A stretch of DNA of 64,000 bases from Nannocystis bainbridge (GCF_028368995.1 NZ_JAQNDL010000001.1:2048001-2112000); one strand, 5' to 3'. Shown: positions 35,326 to 45,420, counted from the first letter of the stretch. Notes: generated by a model from the letters alone, not told the origin. Translations and numbers: made by a program.

Positions 35326-36057
35326 ATGCCCGCACGCATAACGAGACAGATACGCACATTCACGCTGACGCTGCTGCTCGGCGCGAGCTCGGGATGCCCC
35401 GCCGAGAGCGACGGAGACAGCGCCAGCGAGACGAGCAGCGAGTCGACGCCGACCGGCGATTCGACGACGACCGCGAATTCGAGCAGCGAGCCGCAGCCCA
35501 CGACGACGACCGAGAGCTCGAGCGGCGAGCCGCAACCGACCACGGCCGGCGAGGAGGGTGCGTGCGCGTGCATCCCCGAGGACGACTTCACCGGCCCGAA
35601 TGCCGGCGATCCGGATTGCGACGGCGGCCCGTGCCCGTTGCCGCCGACCTGCGGCGAGGAGCTGTGCCCGATCGTCGAGGTCGACCCTGCGGGCATGAAC
35701 TGCTTCGTCGCCAATGGCGAGCTCCTCGTGGACCCTGCCGCGGTCGAGTGTGCATTGACGGCGCTCCGCGATCGCACGCCCGGGTTTATCCGCTGGATCT
35801 GTCACCCGGCGGGCGACGGGCAGTTCACGCGTGACGGCTTCATCCTGATCGTCGACGACGAGACCGCGGTCCGGCGCGAGTGGGGCCACTTGAACGGCCT
35901 CTTCCAAGCCGGGCCGGCCTTGCTCGGCGACCTGCCTGCCCCCGACGTGTTCACGACGTGCCTGGGCCTGGGGACCGCCTCGGACCGCTACAATTGCCTG
36001 ACCGGCACCAACCTCACCACGACCAGCGAGATGTGCGTCGAGAGCTGGGGCTCGTGA
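35326..36057 (+). CDS. Cys-rich lipoprotein with Ser/Thr stalk
   Basis: LLLGASSGC; duplicated SSxEPQPTT; CALTALRDRTPG. Confidence 0.8.
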   Translation: MPARITRQIRTFTLTLLLGASSGCPAESDGDSASETSSESTPTGDSTTTANSSSEPQPTTTTESSSGEPQPTTAGEEGACACIPEDDFTGPNAGDPDCDGGPCPLPPTCGEELCPIVEVDPAGMNCFVANGELLVDPAAVECALTALRDRTPGFIRWICHPAGDGQFTRDGFILIVDDETAVRREWGHLNGLFQAGPALLGDLPAPDVFTTCLGLGTASDRYNCLTGTNLTTTSEMCVESWGS

Positions 36058-36209
36058 GGCCATCCCCCGCTGATACGCCGCTCGCGACGACCGCTCGCGC
36101 CGCCGTTCGTCGTCAACCCGCGGCGTCCGGCGGGGAGGCGAACCACTTGCAGCTCGGTTGGCACCCCGACGCGGTCGCCACGATCGCCGGATGGCTGTTC
36201 GCGCCGTGA

Positions 36210-36865
36210 CTACGGGTCGATATACTGCAGTTGGAGCACGGTCGAGTTGTTGCGCTCGTGCGGCCCGAACGTGCAGCCAGGGCTGGTCCAGCCGCAGGCG
36301 CCGCCGCCGGTGATGTCGGCGACCTGGTCGTCCTGGCTGAGCACCGCCCCGCCCGCCCCCTGGGCGCCGAGCGTGCAAAGTTGTCGAGCATGCGGAACGG
36401 GGTGCCCGTCAGGTCGATGTTTGCGAGGCCGTCGGCGACGTAGTTCCACTCGCATCCCGAAGCGACGCCGTAGGGCATCACGGTGACGGGCTCTTGGTTG
36501 CCATGGAGGAGCAGGCCGGTCGAGCTCGAGAAGGTCACATCGTCGAACTCGACCGCGAACGTGCCGGGGTCGATGCGCACGCGCGTGAACACGGTCCGCA
36601 CGTTCGTGCCGGTCGCATACTTCCCCGCGGTGTACTGCGAGAAATTGCGGCCCGCGCCGAGGGCGACCAGCCCGCGGGTCGTTGCGAACTCGTCGAGCAC
36701 CTCGAAGAACTCGTCGCGGGTCATACCCGCTCGCAGCAGGGCGCGCATCTCGGCGAGGCCCGGCGCCTGCGCCCGCGCTCGTGCGTCGCCGGGCTCCGGC
36801 GAAGCGACCGGCGGCGGTCGTGAAGGGCGTCCCAAGGCGCCGCGGATGCGGTCCCACAGGCTCAT
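36210..36865 (-). pseudogene. Frameshifted GON-domain-like gene
   Basis: MSLWDRIRG...NFSQYTAG...RVRIDP..FSSSTG..MPYGVASGC..ANIDLTGTPF continues in another frame near 36378 as CTLGAQG...QVADITGGGACGWTSP. Confidence 0.6.
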
Positions 36866-37086
36866 CGTCTGCTCCTCGCGGGCAGTGTACGGGACCCCGC
36901 CCGCCGTGACGCGCTGCCACGAGCTCGACGAGCACGACGCCGATCGACGCGGCGCCCGTGTGCATGCGGGGCGCGACCCTGATGGACGACCCCGACGCGT
37001 GCGCTCGACGTGCCGCTGAGGCGAGATCGACCTGCGCCGCGATGGAGCGCGCTCCATCGCGGCGGCGGGCCTCGCCGGCGGCGGGC

Positions 37087-37833
37087 TCACTCGACGTCGA
37101 TGTCGGTGAGGAAGCCCGGCAGCGGGCCCGAGGGCTGCGCGGCGCGGGGCTTCATGAAGTTCGCCTGCGAGGGCTCGCGCATGAAGGCCGGCGGCGGGAC
37201 GTCGCGGCTGTTCATGGAGTCGCCGAGGCCGGGCTCCTGCTGGGCGAAGAACGCGAGGATCGGCTTGACGCCGGCGATCTGCTCCTCGGTGGCGGCGTCG
37301 CGGATCGCCTGGTCGGCCAGCGCGGCGGCCATCGACTCGCGGATCTCGGCGATCTCCGCGTCGAGCTCGGCGATGCGTGCGGTGCCCTCGTCGATCACCT
37401 TCTGGGCCCGCGCGCCGCCCTCGCGGATGAACGCCTGCAGCGCCTCCACCTCGGCGCTCGCGGCCTGGATGATCTTCTGCGTCGGGACATCGAAGGCGGT
37501 GAACGCCGCCTCGACGATCTGCCGCTTCAGCGCGGCCGGCGAGTTCTCCGGCAGGCTCCGCAGCAGGTCCTGAGCCTTGGTCACGCGCTGCTGCTGCTCG
37601 ACCTCGACGCCAGCCCGGCGGAGCACCGCCGGGAAGTCGATCTCGGTCGGGTAGCGCTCGGTGAGGCGAAATTGGGGCGGGGGCGGGGGAGCGGGTGGCT
37701 GGATCGGCATGGGTGCGGGTGCGGGTGCGGGTGTGAAGGCGGGGACGGGTGCGGGGGGGAGCGCGGGCATGTCGTCATCGACATCGATCGGGCGGCTCCC
37801 GAACAGGCCCTTCAGGAAACTCATCAAGCCCAT
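37087..37833 (-). CDS. Hypothetical coiled-coil protein with Pro-rich N-terminal linker
   Basis: MGLMSFLKGLFG amphipathic start, PAPAPAP linker, helical core; AGAGAGGG RBS. Confidence 0.8.
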   Translation of the reverse strand: MGLMSFLKGLFGSRPIDVDDDMPALPPAPVPAFTPAPAPAPMPIQPPAPPPPPQFRLTERYPTEIDFPAVLRRAGVEVEQQQRVTKAQDLLRSLPENSPAALKRQIVEAAFTAFDVPTQKIIQAASAEVEALQAFIREGGARAQKVIDEGTARIAELDAEIAEIRESMAAALADQAIRDAATEEQIAGVKPILAFFAQQEPGLGDSMNSRDVPPPAFMREPSQANFMKPRAAQPSGPLPGFLTDIDVE

Positions 37834-37884
37834 GGTCTGGCCCTCTCTGGCATGGGACCGACTTTACTCCATTTTTTGAAGGGG

Positions 37885-38107
37885 CGCGCTTAAGCGGTTC
37901 GAAGGGGGAATTTCGTCGAAGTGTCGAGTGCGAACGCTTGGAGGTCCACGGAGCAGGGTCAGTTCGTGAACCATGATGCTCGACCTCGAACAGCTCTACA
38001 GAGCTCTCGGTCGGCAGGTATCGTGAACCTGGGCCCGGCGGGCACGCCGAGACGGACTCCTCGTCGGGCAAACGACAAGGGAGGCCGAGCGCGGCGCTGG
38101 AGGCCGG
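37885..38107 (-). mobile_element. Copy 1 of IS91-like downstream (ori-side) end, repeat A
   Basis: Near-identical to 42358..42540: cgcgcttaagcggttcgaag.gggaatttcgt...ctcggtcggcaggtatcgt...ctcctcgtcgggcaaacgacaagggagg. Confidence 0.75.
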
Positions 38108-38180
38108 TGCGGTCAACCGGTGAACAGCAGGAGCGGCGCTGGAGGTCACGACAAGGAGGCCGAGCGCGGCACTGCGTCCG

Positions 38181-38736
38181 CTCGACGTCGCCACCGCCGG
38201 GACCGCCGCGCGCTTCCTCGCCGCCTTGCTGGCCGCCTCCCCGGTCGCCTGCCTCGTCGACGGCAGCGCCCGCATGCGCGAGCGGCCCATGGAGGGCCTC
38301 CTGCAGGCCCAGGGCGCCGACATCGCCTGCCGCGGCGCCGACGACACGTTGCCGTGCGAGATCAGGGGCGCCCGCCTGCGCGGCGGCGAGATCCGCCTGG
38401 CCCGTCCGCCGAGCTCCCAGTTCATCTCCGCCCTCCTGCTGGCCGCCGCGCTCGCCGCCGCCCCGCTGCGCATCGTCCTCGAGCCGGGCACCCCGGCGCG
38501 GCCCTGGGTCGAGCCCGACGCCTCGGCCGCGACCTACTTGTGGTCGCTGGCGGCGATCTACGGCGGCGAGGTCACGGTGCCCGGGCTCGGCCGCGCCAGC
38601 CAGCAAGGCGACGCTCGCTTCGGCGAGGTGCTCGCGCGCATGGGCGCCGCGGTCGAGCATGGCGAGCACGGCCATCTGGTCCGAGGGACAGGTTCTCTGC
38701 GCGGCGTCGACCTCGACCTGGCCGACATGCCCGACG
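38181..38736 (+). pseudogene. aroA: Internal fragment of EPSP synthase with an internal deletion
   Basis: AGTAARFL, DGSARMRERPM, SSQFISALL, VEPDASAATY, SQQGDARF, LRGVDLDLADMPD. Both termini are missing, as is the segment normally between RPWV and EPDAS. Confidence 0.85.
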
Positions 38737-38844
38737 CAACCCGTGGCAAGTCTCCCTCCCCGCCAAAGCCCCTCCGGGTGGAGCTCCGCGGCGTTTGGCA
38801 GCGGAGGGGCTTCTGGCGAGGATGGGTCAGAACTTGTTCCACAG
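38736..38844 (-). repeat. Copy 1 of repeat B (last 18 bp of glnA plus downstream hairpin)
   Basis: Matches 43670..43779, including tcagaacttgttccacag (LWNKF-stop on minus) and the stem cgccaaagcccctccg/cggaggggcttctggcg. Confidence 0.9.
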
Positions 38845-38942
38845 GTCGCAGTTTGGCCGACGTCGCTGACGTGGCGTGTTCTTGGCCACTTGGGGCTCTT
38901 TGAGGCAAGTTTGGCACGGGATTGCCCCACATCGCGGCCGCT

Positions 38943-39330
38943 TCAAGGGCCGCCTGCTCCTTGGCCAGGTGGATGTACTTCTACATGGTCGACAATCGCG
39001 CCCAACGTGAAGCCGGTCGTCCGCATCCGCAAGGCATACGCGCCCCCACCGGGCGCCGGGCTGTCGGATGCGGTGTAGTAGCGGAAGACGTTGCTGGCGG
39101 AGGACCAGGGTCCTGATGCGCAATTGTGCCAGATCAGCCAGCCGGAAAGGTCTCCCGAGCCCTCGAAACTATTCGTATACACGGTCACCGGCGGCTCGGG
39201 CCTCCACGCGGAGACCGTGGGCATGCTGCTCTCGAGCCACGACTCCATGTCCCGCTGCCCATGGATACCGAGCGGGACTCCCAGGTACTGCGCCCATAAC
39301 TTGGCATGTCGTTCGCCGTCGGATCCTCTC
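38943..39330 (-). pseudogene. Probable fragment of a secreted protein gene
   Basis: Protein-like stretch VYTNSFEGSGDLSGWLIWHNC...GGGAYALRM without a convincing start. Confidence 0.35.
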
Positions 39331-39560
39331 GCGGCCGAGGCCGACGTGCGCGCATATGTTGCCGACACCTCCCCGCGAAATGGGCGAGGTCGACCGGCGA
39401 GCATGCGGGCGTCGTCGTATCACCACCGGGCGCTTGACCGCGATGGATATCGATAGTCTCGTACGCGCCGTGGCGAGCGATCTCGGAGTCAGCCTGACAC
39501 GACTTCTGGACACGCCCCCCGCATTCGCCAAGCGAATAGCCGCACCGCGGCGCGTCGCGA

Positions 39561-39959
39561 TCAGCGGGGGAGGCAGTAACCGGTGATGTACTCCTGCGCG
39601 ATGCAGACGCCCGAGCAGTTCGTCTTGCAGATGGCGGACGTGGAATACCACGAGCCGTTCGAGGTGCACTGGTACTTGATCGGGCACGGGGGCAGGGCCT
39701 GGACCGAGCCCTCGCCCTCGGCGAGGATCAGCTCGGGCGCCTCGTCGAGCACGGATGAGCCCGGTTCATCCGTGGTGTTCTCGACCGGCTCATTGGTGTT
39801 CGACGACCCACCCTCGGTGTTCGTCGATGCGCCGGTCTCGCTCGAGTCTCCGGGCAGGTCGCCGCCCTGGTCCCCGAGATCGCAGGCCGACAGCGTCAGC
39901 GCGAGCGGGAGCACGAAAAAGAAGCGGGAGAAGAAGTGGATGCATTTGGAAGCGTTCAT
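39561..39959 (-). CDS. Small lipoprotein with acidic linker and C-terminal 6-Cys mini-domain
   Basis: LTLSAC lipobox; tail CPIKYQC...AICKTNCSGVC...YCLPR. Confidence 0.75.
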   Translation of the reverse strand: MNASKCIHFFSRFFFVLPLALTLSACDLGDQGGDLPGDSSETGASTNTEGGSSNTNEPVENTTDEPGSSVLDEAPELILAEGEGSVQALPPCPIKYQCTSNGSWYSTSAICKTNCSGVCIAQEYITGYCLPR

Positions 39960-40209
39960 CTTAAGTCTTCATCGGCCAGTTCGGCCCCCAGTCCAAGGGC
40001 CGACCCGGACAAACGCCGGACATTCCAGGCCACCCGCTCCCACCGTCATCGCCTCCTGTTGTTGTGACGGCCGCTGGGCGATGGGCGCGACGCCGCAAGA
40101 GCAGGTGCGATCACCGCGCCGCTGCCCGCTCGCAGTGTCCCGTCGCGCCCGCCTTCTGTCCGACACGGCCCTTCGCGGCGGCCCCGACCCGCGCCATCGT
40201 CCGGCACCC

Positions 40210-41127
40210 ATGCGTGCGCTCTGCTTCATTCTCCTCCTCGCCGCGTGCGCCCCGACCGTGCGGGCCCCGACCGTCCCGGTGGCGGTCGCCGGCGTGGAGC
40301 ACCGCGAGACCCACCTGCGCGGCCGGGACGGCGTCGAGCTGTATGCCCAGTCGTGGCGCCCCGCCACTCCCGTGAAGGGGGCAGTCATCGTGATCCACGG
40401 ATTGAAAGATCATGGCACTCGATATGCTGCGCTCGCGGAGCATTTGACCGGGCAGGGTCTCGCCGTGCACGCCCTCGACTTACGCGGTCACGGGCGATCC
40501 GCCGGCGAGCGCGCGTACGTCGCGGATCTCGGCGAGTATATCGCCGACCTCGAGCTCTTCGTCGCCGCGGTCCGTGCGGCCGATCCCGGGGTCCCGCTGT
40601 TCATGATGGGTCACAGCATGGGCGGAGCGCTCGCCACCACCTACGCGCTCGCGCACCCGGGCGACCTCAAGGGCCTCGTACTCAGCGCCCCGGCGCTCCG
40701 TCTCGGCCCCGAGGTGAGCCCCGGGCTGGTGAAGATCACCAGGAAGCTCGGACGCAAGCACCCGCACTGGCGGATCCTGAAGCTCAGGCCGCGCTGGTTC
40801 GCCCGCGATCCCGAGGTCGTCCGCGATGTGGACGGGGCCGATCCATGGGTCGATCGCCGCAAGATCCCGGCGAGCACCGCCGCCGCGCTGATCGCCGGCA
40901 TCGAGCATATCCAGGGCAACATGGAGAAGCTCTCCGTCCCTGTGCTGATCATTCATGGCGACGCGGACCGCATCACGCCGCCCGAGGGCAGCCGCGACCT
41001 GCTGCGCCGCGCCGGCGTCGCGGACAAGCATCTGGAGCTCTATCCCGGCTATTATCACGATCTCCTCCACGAGCCCGAGCACGCCGAGGTCATCGAGGAT
41101 ATCGCGTCCTGGCTCGGCCGACATTGA
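40210..41127 (+). CDS. Lysophospholipase/monoacylglycerol lipase-family hydrolase (lipoprotein)
   Basis: LLAAC lipobox; HGLKDH, DLRGHGRS, GHSMGG, HGDAD, YHDL. Confidence 0.92.
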   Translation: MRALCFILLLAACAPTVRAPTVPVAVAGVEHRETHLRGRDGVELYAQSWRPATPVKGAVIVIHGLKDHGTRYAALAEHLTGQGLAVHALDLRGHGRSAGERAYVADLGEYIADLELFVAAVRAADPGVPLFMMGHSMGGALATTYALAHPGDLKGLVLSAPALRLGPEVSPGLVKITRKLGRKHPHWRILKLRPRWFARDPEVVRDVDGADPWVDRRKIPASTAAALIAGIEHIQGNMEKLSVPVLIIHGDADRITPPEGSRDLLRRAGVADKHLELYPGYYHDLLHEPEHAEVIEDIASWLGRH

Positions 41128-41194
41128 CATACGAGGTCGATCCACTCGCCCCCTCGACAGCCCGCTCGCCGCGCACGCGGAGCAGCGGTCGTGA

Positions 41195-42232
41195 TCACCG
41201 CGGCTCGCTGCGCGCACTCGCCGTGCGATGCCCGCGGCGGTACGCGAGCGGGCTCCGGCCGAAGTGAGCGATGAACGCCCTGCGAAAGGCCCGCTCGTCC
41301 TCGTAGCCGACCGCATGGCCGACCTCGGCGACCGCCAGAGCGCTCGTGGAGAGCATCCGCGCCGCCGTCTCGAGCCGCAGCTGGCGCACGAATCGCGCGG
41401 GTGCGAGCCCGGTCGCGGCCACGAAGTGCCTCGTCAGGGTCCGCTCGTTGCAACCGAGCGCGCTCGCCACGTCGCCGAGCTTGAGCGGCGCATCCAGGTG
41501 GGCGCTCATCCATCGCTCGGCGCGCGCGACCAGCTCGTCGTGGCGTGACAGGTGCTCCATCACCAGAAACGGGGCCTGGGAGGTCCGCGCCTCGTCGATG
41601 ACGAGGTAGCGCGCGCACGCGTGCGCCACTTCATGACCGATGAGGCGGCGCACGAGCGCGAGGGTCAGATCGAGCTGAGCCATGGCGGCCGCCGCGGTCA
41701 CGACTGTGCCCGATGTGCACACGATCCGGTCGGCCCGCAGGTCGACGGAGCGATAGCGGCTGCGAAACAGCGGCGCGAGCCACCACGAGGTCGTGGCCTC
41801 GCGGCCATCGAGCAGGCCCGCCTCCGCGAGCAGGAAGGTCGACGAGCAGCTCGCAGCGATGAGGGCCTGGCGCTGGTGGACCGAGCGCAGCGCCGCCACG
41901 AGCGCGACCGCGTCCGGCCTGACGATGCCCGCGAGCACACGCCCGACATCGGCCATGCCGGGGCCGAAGGCGAGCACGATATCGCCTACTGCCGGGTCGA
42001 CGGCGCCATCGGGCCGGATCTCGACGCCGCCGCTCGAACGCACGGGGCCGCCGTCGATGGTCCGAACCGACCAGCGAAACTCCGGGAGCTTTCCGGGAGC
42101 GAACGACCCGCCGACGATGTTGCTCGTCGCCATCACGTCCGTCGTCACCGCGAGCCCCGACGCGAAGAAGCCGTCGAGCACCGCGAGCTGGACGTCGATC
42201 CGTGCCGTCTGCCGATCCGCCCCGGGTGCCAT
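41195..42232 (-). CDS. GlxA-family transcriptional regulator (DJ-1 domain + AraC HTH)
   Basis: ASCSSTFLLAEAGLLDGREATTSW; ERTLTRHF; VGYEDERAFRRAF. Confidence 0.92.
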   Translation of the reverse strand: MAPGADRQTARIDVQLAVLDGFFASGLAVTTDVMATSNIVGGSFAPGKLPEFRWSVRTIDGGPVRSSGGVEIRPDGAVDPAVGDIVLAFGPGMADVGRVLAGIVRPDAVALVAALRSVHQRQALIAASCSSTFLLAEAGLLDGREATTSWWLAPLFRSRYRSVDLRADRIVCTSGTVVTAAAAMAQLDLTLALVRRLIGHEVAHACARYLVIDEARTSQAPFLVMEHLSRHDELVARAERWMSAHLDAPLKLGDVASALGCNERTLTRHFVAATGLAPARFVRQLRLETAARMLSTSALAVAEVGHAVGYEDERAFRRAFIAHFGRSPLAYRRGHRTASARSEPR

Positions 42233-42357
42233 GGCGCGGCCAGGATAGGCCCCCACCGACGCACGCGCCACCCTTCGTGAGCGACAGACGTCGCCGGGCC
42301 CGCAGGCAGCCAGGAGGGCCTCTGCGGGTGCCCGGGGTTCAAAGAAAAACGATGCGT

Positions 42358-42540
42358 CGCGCTTAAGCGGTTCGAAGAGGGAATTTCGTGAAGGTGTCGA
42401 GTACGAGAACGCCCCAAGGTCCCATGAAGAGGGTCAGCTCGGTCGGCAGGTATCGTCGACCTGGGCACGACGGGCACGCCGAGACGAACTCCTCGTCGGG
42501 CAAACGACAAGGGAGGCGCGAGCGCGGCACTGGAGGCCGG
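42358..42540 (-). mobile_element. Copy 2 of IS91-like downstream (ori-side) end, repeat A
   Basis: Directly downstream of the truncated transposase. Minus strand ends ...cacGAAATTCCctcttcGAAC. Confidence 0.75.
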
Positions 42541-43418
42541 CGCGGACGACAAAGTTGCTTGCGGTCGCGACCGTCGACGGTCGTTGCGGCGTGCAGGTGC
42601 ATGCCGTACGCCGTCACCGTCAGCTGCGGTCGGGCCACGGGCTCGCACGGCGGAGCCAGATGCGGACCCTGTAGTCCGAGCTGTACGCAGGCGGCCAGCG
42701 CCGGGTCCACGTCGCGGTCGTCGTCCTCGGCGACAGCGGCGACGACCTTGTGGACTTGCGCGAGCACGGCCGTCAGCCGCTCTGGCGTCGGCGTCGCAAT
42801 GGGCAAGAAGCGCACGTCGGCGCCGAGCTCCTCGAAGGCGCCGTCGGTGACGAGGCAATGCAAATGCACGTAGAGGCCGAGGTCGCTGCGGAATCGCTGG
42901 ACCACCGTGAACACCCCGGCGGAAAGCGGTGCTACCGAGCACAGGCCGTGGCTCTCCTTGACGGACCACCGCATGTCGTGCATCACCGCTCGCGCGAGAC
43001 CCTCGGCGACTTTCGCCAGGAGCGCCTGGTCATAGCCCAGACGCACTGCCAGCGGTCCCTCGAAGGAGAGGACCCATTGCCCGTAGCCGACCGCTGGCAG
43101 CACGTGGTCGACCAACATCGCTGCTCCTTCCGCCATCCGCCGACCCATGCACGACGGGCAGAATCCCCCGCCCTTACACGAAAACGGTACGAGCAGCTCG
43201 TCGCCACACTGGCGGCACGCCGTCCGCACGAAGCCCTTCTCGAAGTCGCCGCACCCCGCGAACGCTTCGAGCTCCGCCCTGACGAACTCCGGTAGCGCGT
43301 GCCCGCCCTCCTCGAGGCGCGCGAGGAAGCCCGGCAGGTGGTGTCGGACGAGCACGGCGGCATCGCAGTCGTGGGTCTGCCGCGGGACGTAAATGCCCGG
43401 CCTCGCGCAGGCGGGCAT
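42363..43418 (-). mobile_element. IS91-family rolling-circle transposase, C-terminally truncated
   Basis: Zn-binding GCGDFEKGF..C..C...FSCK...CPSC, QWVLS, QRF..DL..YVHLHCLVTDG (HUH). Homology stops at DGRDRKQL (~42552), before the catalytic Tyr region. Confidence 0.88.
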
Positions 43419-43669
43419 AACGCCCGCCCCTGCACCCGCACTGCCACGCGCGACCCGCTCACCAAGCGGGCGAGCTCCCTACCGAACCCGCACGCCTCGT
43501 CGTAACGTCCTGGCCCGCGGACCGGTTGGGTGGCCCGCCTGCTGGACGGGCGCCACGAACTGCCACCCCACCGCCCAAGAGCGACGACAGCAGGGATCGC
43601 CGGCCGAGACGATTACCCGAGATCGTCCGGGTTTTGGGGCAGATTTGTGGCAGCCAGAGGCACGCAGAG

Positions 43670-43779
43670 GCAACCCGTGGCAAGTCGCCCTCCCCGCCAA
43701 AGCCCCTCCGTGTGGAGATCCGCGGCATTTTGGCAGCGGAGAAGCTTTCGGCGCGAGTGGGTCAGAACTTGTTCCACAG
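43670..43779 (-). repeat. Copy 2 of repeat B (glnA 3' end and downstream hairpin)
   Basis: Matches 38736..38844. Confidence 0.9.
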
Positions 43780-45216
43780 ATACTGATTCGTCACCTCATG
43801 ATGGAACTGCACCTCGGCCGTCTTGATGAGCGACCCGAGCGCGCGCGGGCAGCGTTCGGCCGACGCCTGCTTGACCTCGGCGAAGCGGGTCTGGACCTGC
43901 TCGCCGAGCAGGTCGGCGACGAACTTCGACGACTTGAACAGGCGGATCGCGTCATTCACGTTGTCGGGCAGGAACCGCGTGCGGGCGCGCTTGTTGGCGA
44001 TCTCGGCCGGGTCGGGCAGCGGGCCTTCGAGGCCGGTGCGCAGCAATGTGTAGACCGTCATGTACGGATTCGCGTCGGGGGCCACCGAGCGGACCTCGAT
44101 GCGGGCCGAGCGTTCGTTGCCGAGCGGGATCCGGACCATGCTGCCGCGATCGGTCGCCGACGCCTTGATCTGGTTGGGGGCCTCGAAGTGGGGGTCGAGG
44201 CGGCGGTAGGCGTTGACGCTGGCGTTGAGGATCAGGCAGATGTCGGACGCGCTGTTGAGGATCCGCTCGGTGAAGCTCCAGCCCGAGGCGGACAGGCCGC
44301 TCTCGCCGTTCTTGTCGTGGAACAGGTTGGTGCCCTTGCGCGCGAGCGAGATGTTGGTGTGCATCCCGTTGCCGTTGATGCCGGTGACCGGCTTGGGCAG
44401 GAAGCACGCGGTCATGTCGTAGTTCTGCGCGACCTGGCGGCACAGCAGCTTGTAGAGCTGGACCTGGTCGGCGGCCACCAGCGCCTCGGTGTGCATGAAG
44501 TTCATCTCGAACTGCGACGGCGCGACCTCGGGGTGGTCCTTCTCGTTGCCGAAGCCCATCGCCCGCTGCACCTCGGCCGCCGAGTCGATGAATCGCCGCA
44601 GCGCGTCGCCGGGCAGCGAATGATAGTACCCGCCGGTGGAGATGAAATCGAACGCGCCGCTCTCGGGGTAGTTGCGCTCGGCGTCGCGGCCGCGGAACAG
44701 GAAGCCCTCGATCTCGTGGGCGAACTGGGCGACCAGGCCCTCCTTCTCGTACATCGCGGCGGCGTAGTCCTTGAGCCGCGCGCGCATGTCGGCCACGTAC
44801 GGCAGGCCGTCCTGGCCGCGGACCTCGGCGAATACCAACACCTTGCCCGGCCCGAACACGTCGGACGGCAGCCAGTAGAACGCCGACCAATCGATGCTGA
44901 GGCGCAGGTCCGACTCGTGCTGCTGCGAGAAGCCGCGCACCGAGCTGCCGTCGAAGGTCAGGTTGTCGGCCGAGCGCAGCAAAAACTTCTTGTCGTAGTC
45001 GAGCATGTGCAGCCGACCCTCGAGGTCGGTGAAGCACACCGTCACGGCCTTGATCCGCTTCTCGTCGGTCAGGTACTTGACCCGCTGCTCCCGCACCTTG
45101 TCCTGCGGCTGGCGAGCCAGGCGCGCGTTCTTGACCTCGAGATTCAGCTCCTCGAGCTTGTCGTAGGGGATCTCCAGGAAGTCGCGGAGGGCAGAGGGGG
45201 CTTCAGAGCGGGACAT
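43762..45216 (-). CDS. glnA: Glutamine synthetase, type I family
   Basis: FDGSSV.GF...ESD, HPEVAPSQFE, FLPKP..GINGNGMH, NAYRRL.P.FEAP, RIEVRS..PDANPY. Confidence 0.93.
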   Translation of the reverse strand: MSRSEAPSALRDFLEIPYDKLEELNLEVKNARLARQPQDKVREQRVKYLTDEKRIKAVTVCFTDLEGRLHMLDYDKKFLLRSADNLTFDGSSVRGFSQQHESDLRLSIDWSAFYWLPSDVFGPGKVLVFAEVRGQDGLPYVADMRARLKDYAAAMYEKEGLVAQFAHEIEGFLFRGRDAERNYPESGAFDFISTGGYYHSLPGDALRRFIDSAAEVQRAMGFGNEKDHPEVAPSQFEMNFMHTEALVAADQVQLYKLLCRQVAQNYDMTACFLPKPVTGINGNGMHTNISLARKGTNLFHDKNGESGLSASGWSFTERILNSASDICLILNASVNAYRRLDPHFEAPNQIKASATDRGSMVRIPLGNERSARIEVRSVAPDANPYMTVYTLLRTGLEGPLPDPAEIANKRARTRFLPDNVNDAIRLFKSSKFVADLLGEQVQTRFAEVKQASAERCPRALGSLIKTAEVQFHHEVTNQYLWNKF

Positions 45217-45420
45217 GGAGGCTAAATAGACCTCCGACTAAGCTAATTTCAAGCATCGTTAGTCTAAATTGATGAGCCGATGCGTGCGCCAAGTCGCAGT
45301 TTAGCGCGCCTGCCGCGCGGCCGGGCGCGGAAACACGCCATGCCGGAAGACCCTGCGGCGCTCCGCTGGCGAGGATCCCTGCGGCACGAACCCGGCGGCG
45401 CCAGCCACTCCGACCCTGGC

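Noticed and set aside
38181-38903. Functional aroA gene
   Set aside because: Lacks both termini and an internal segment, and the ORF runs into repeat B.
38910-38926. Sigma54-like promoter ttggcacgggattgc
   Set aside because: GG-to-GC spacing is one base short of the strict -24/-12 requirement, and there is no intact downstream gene.
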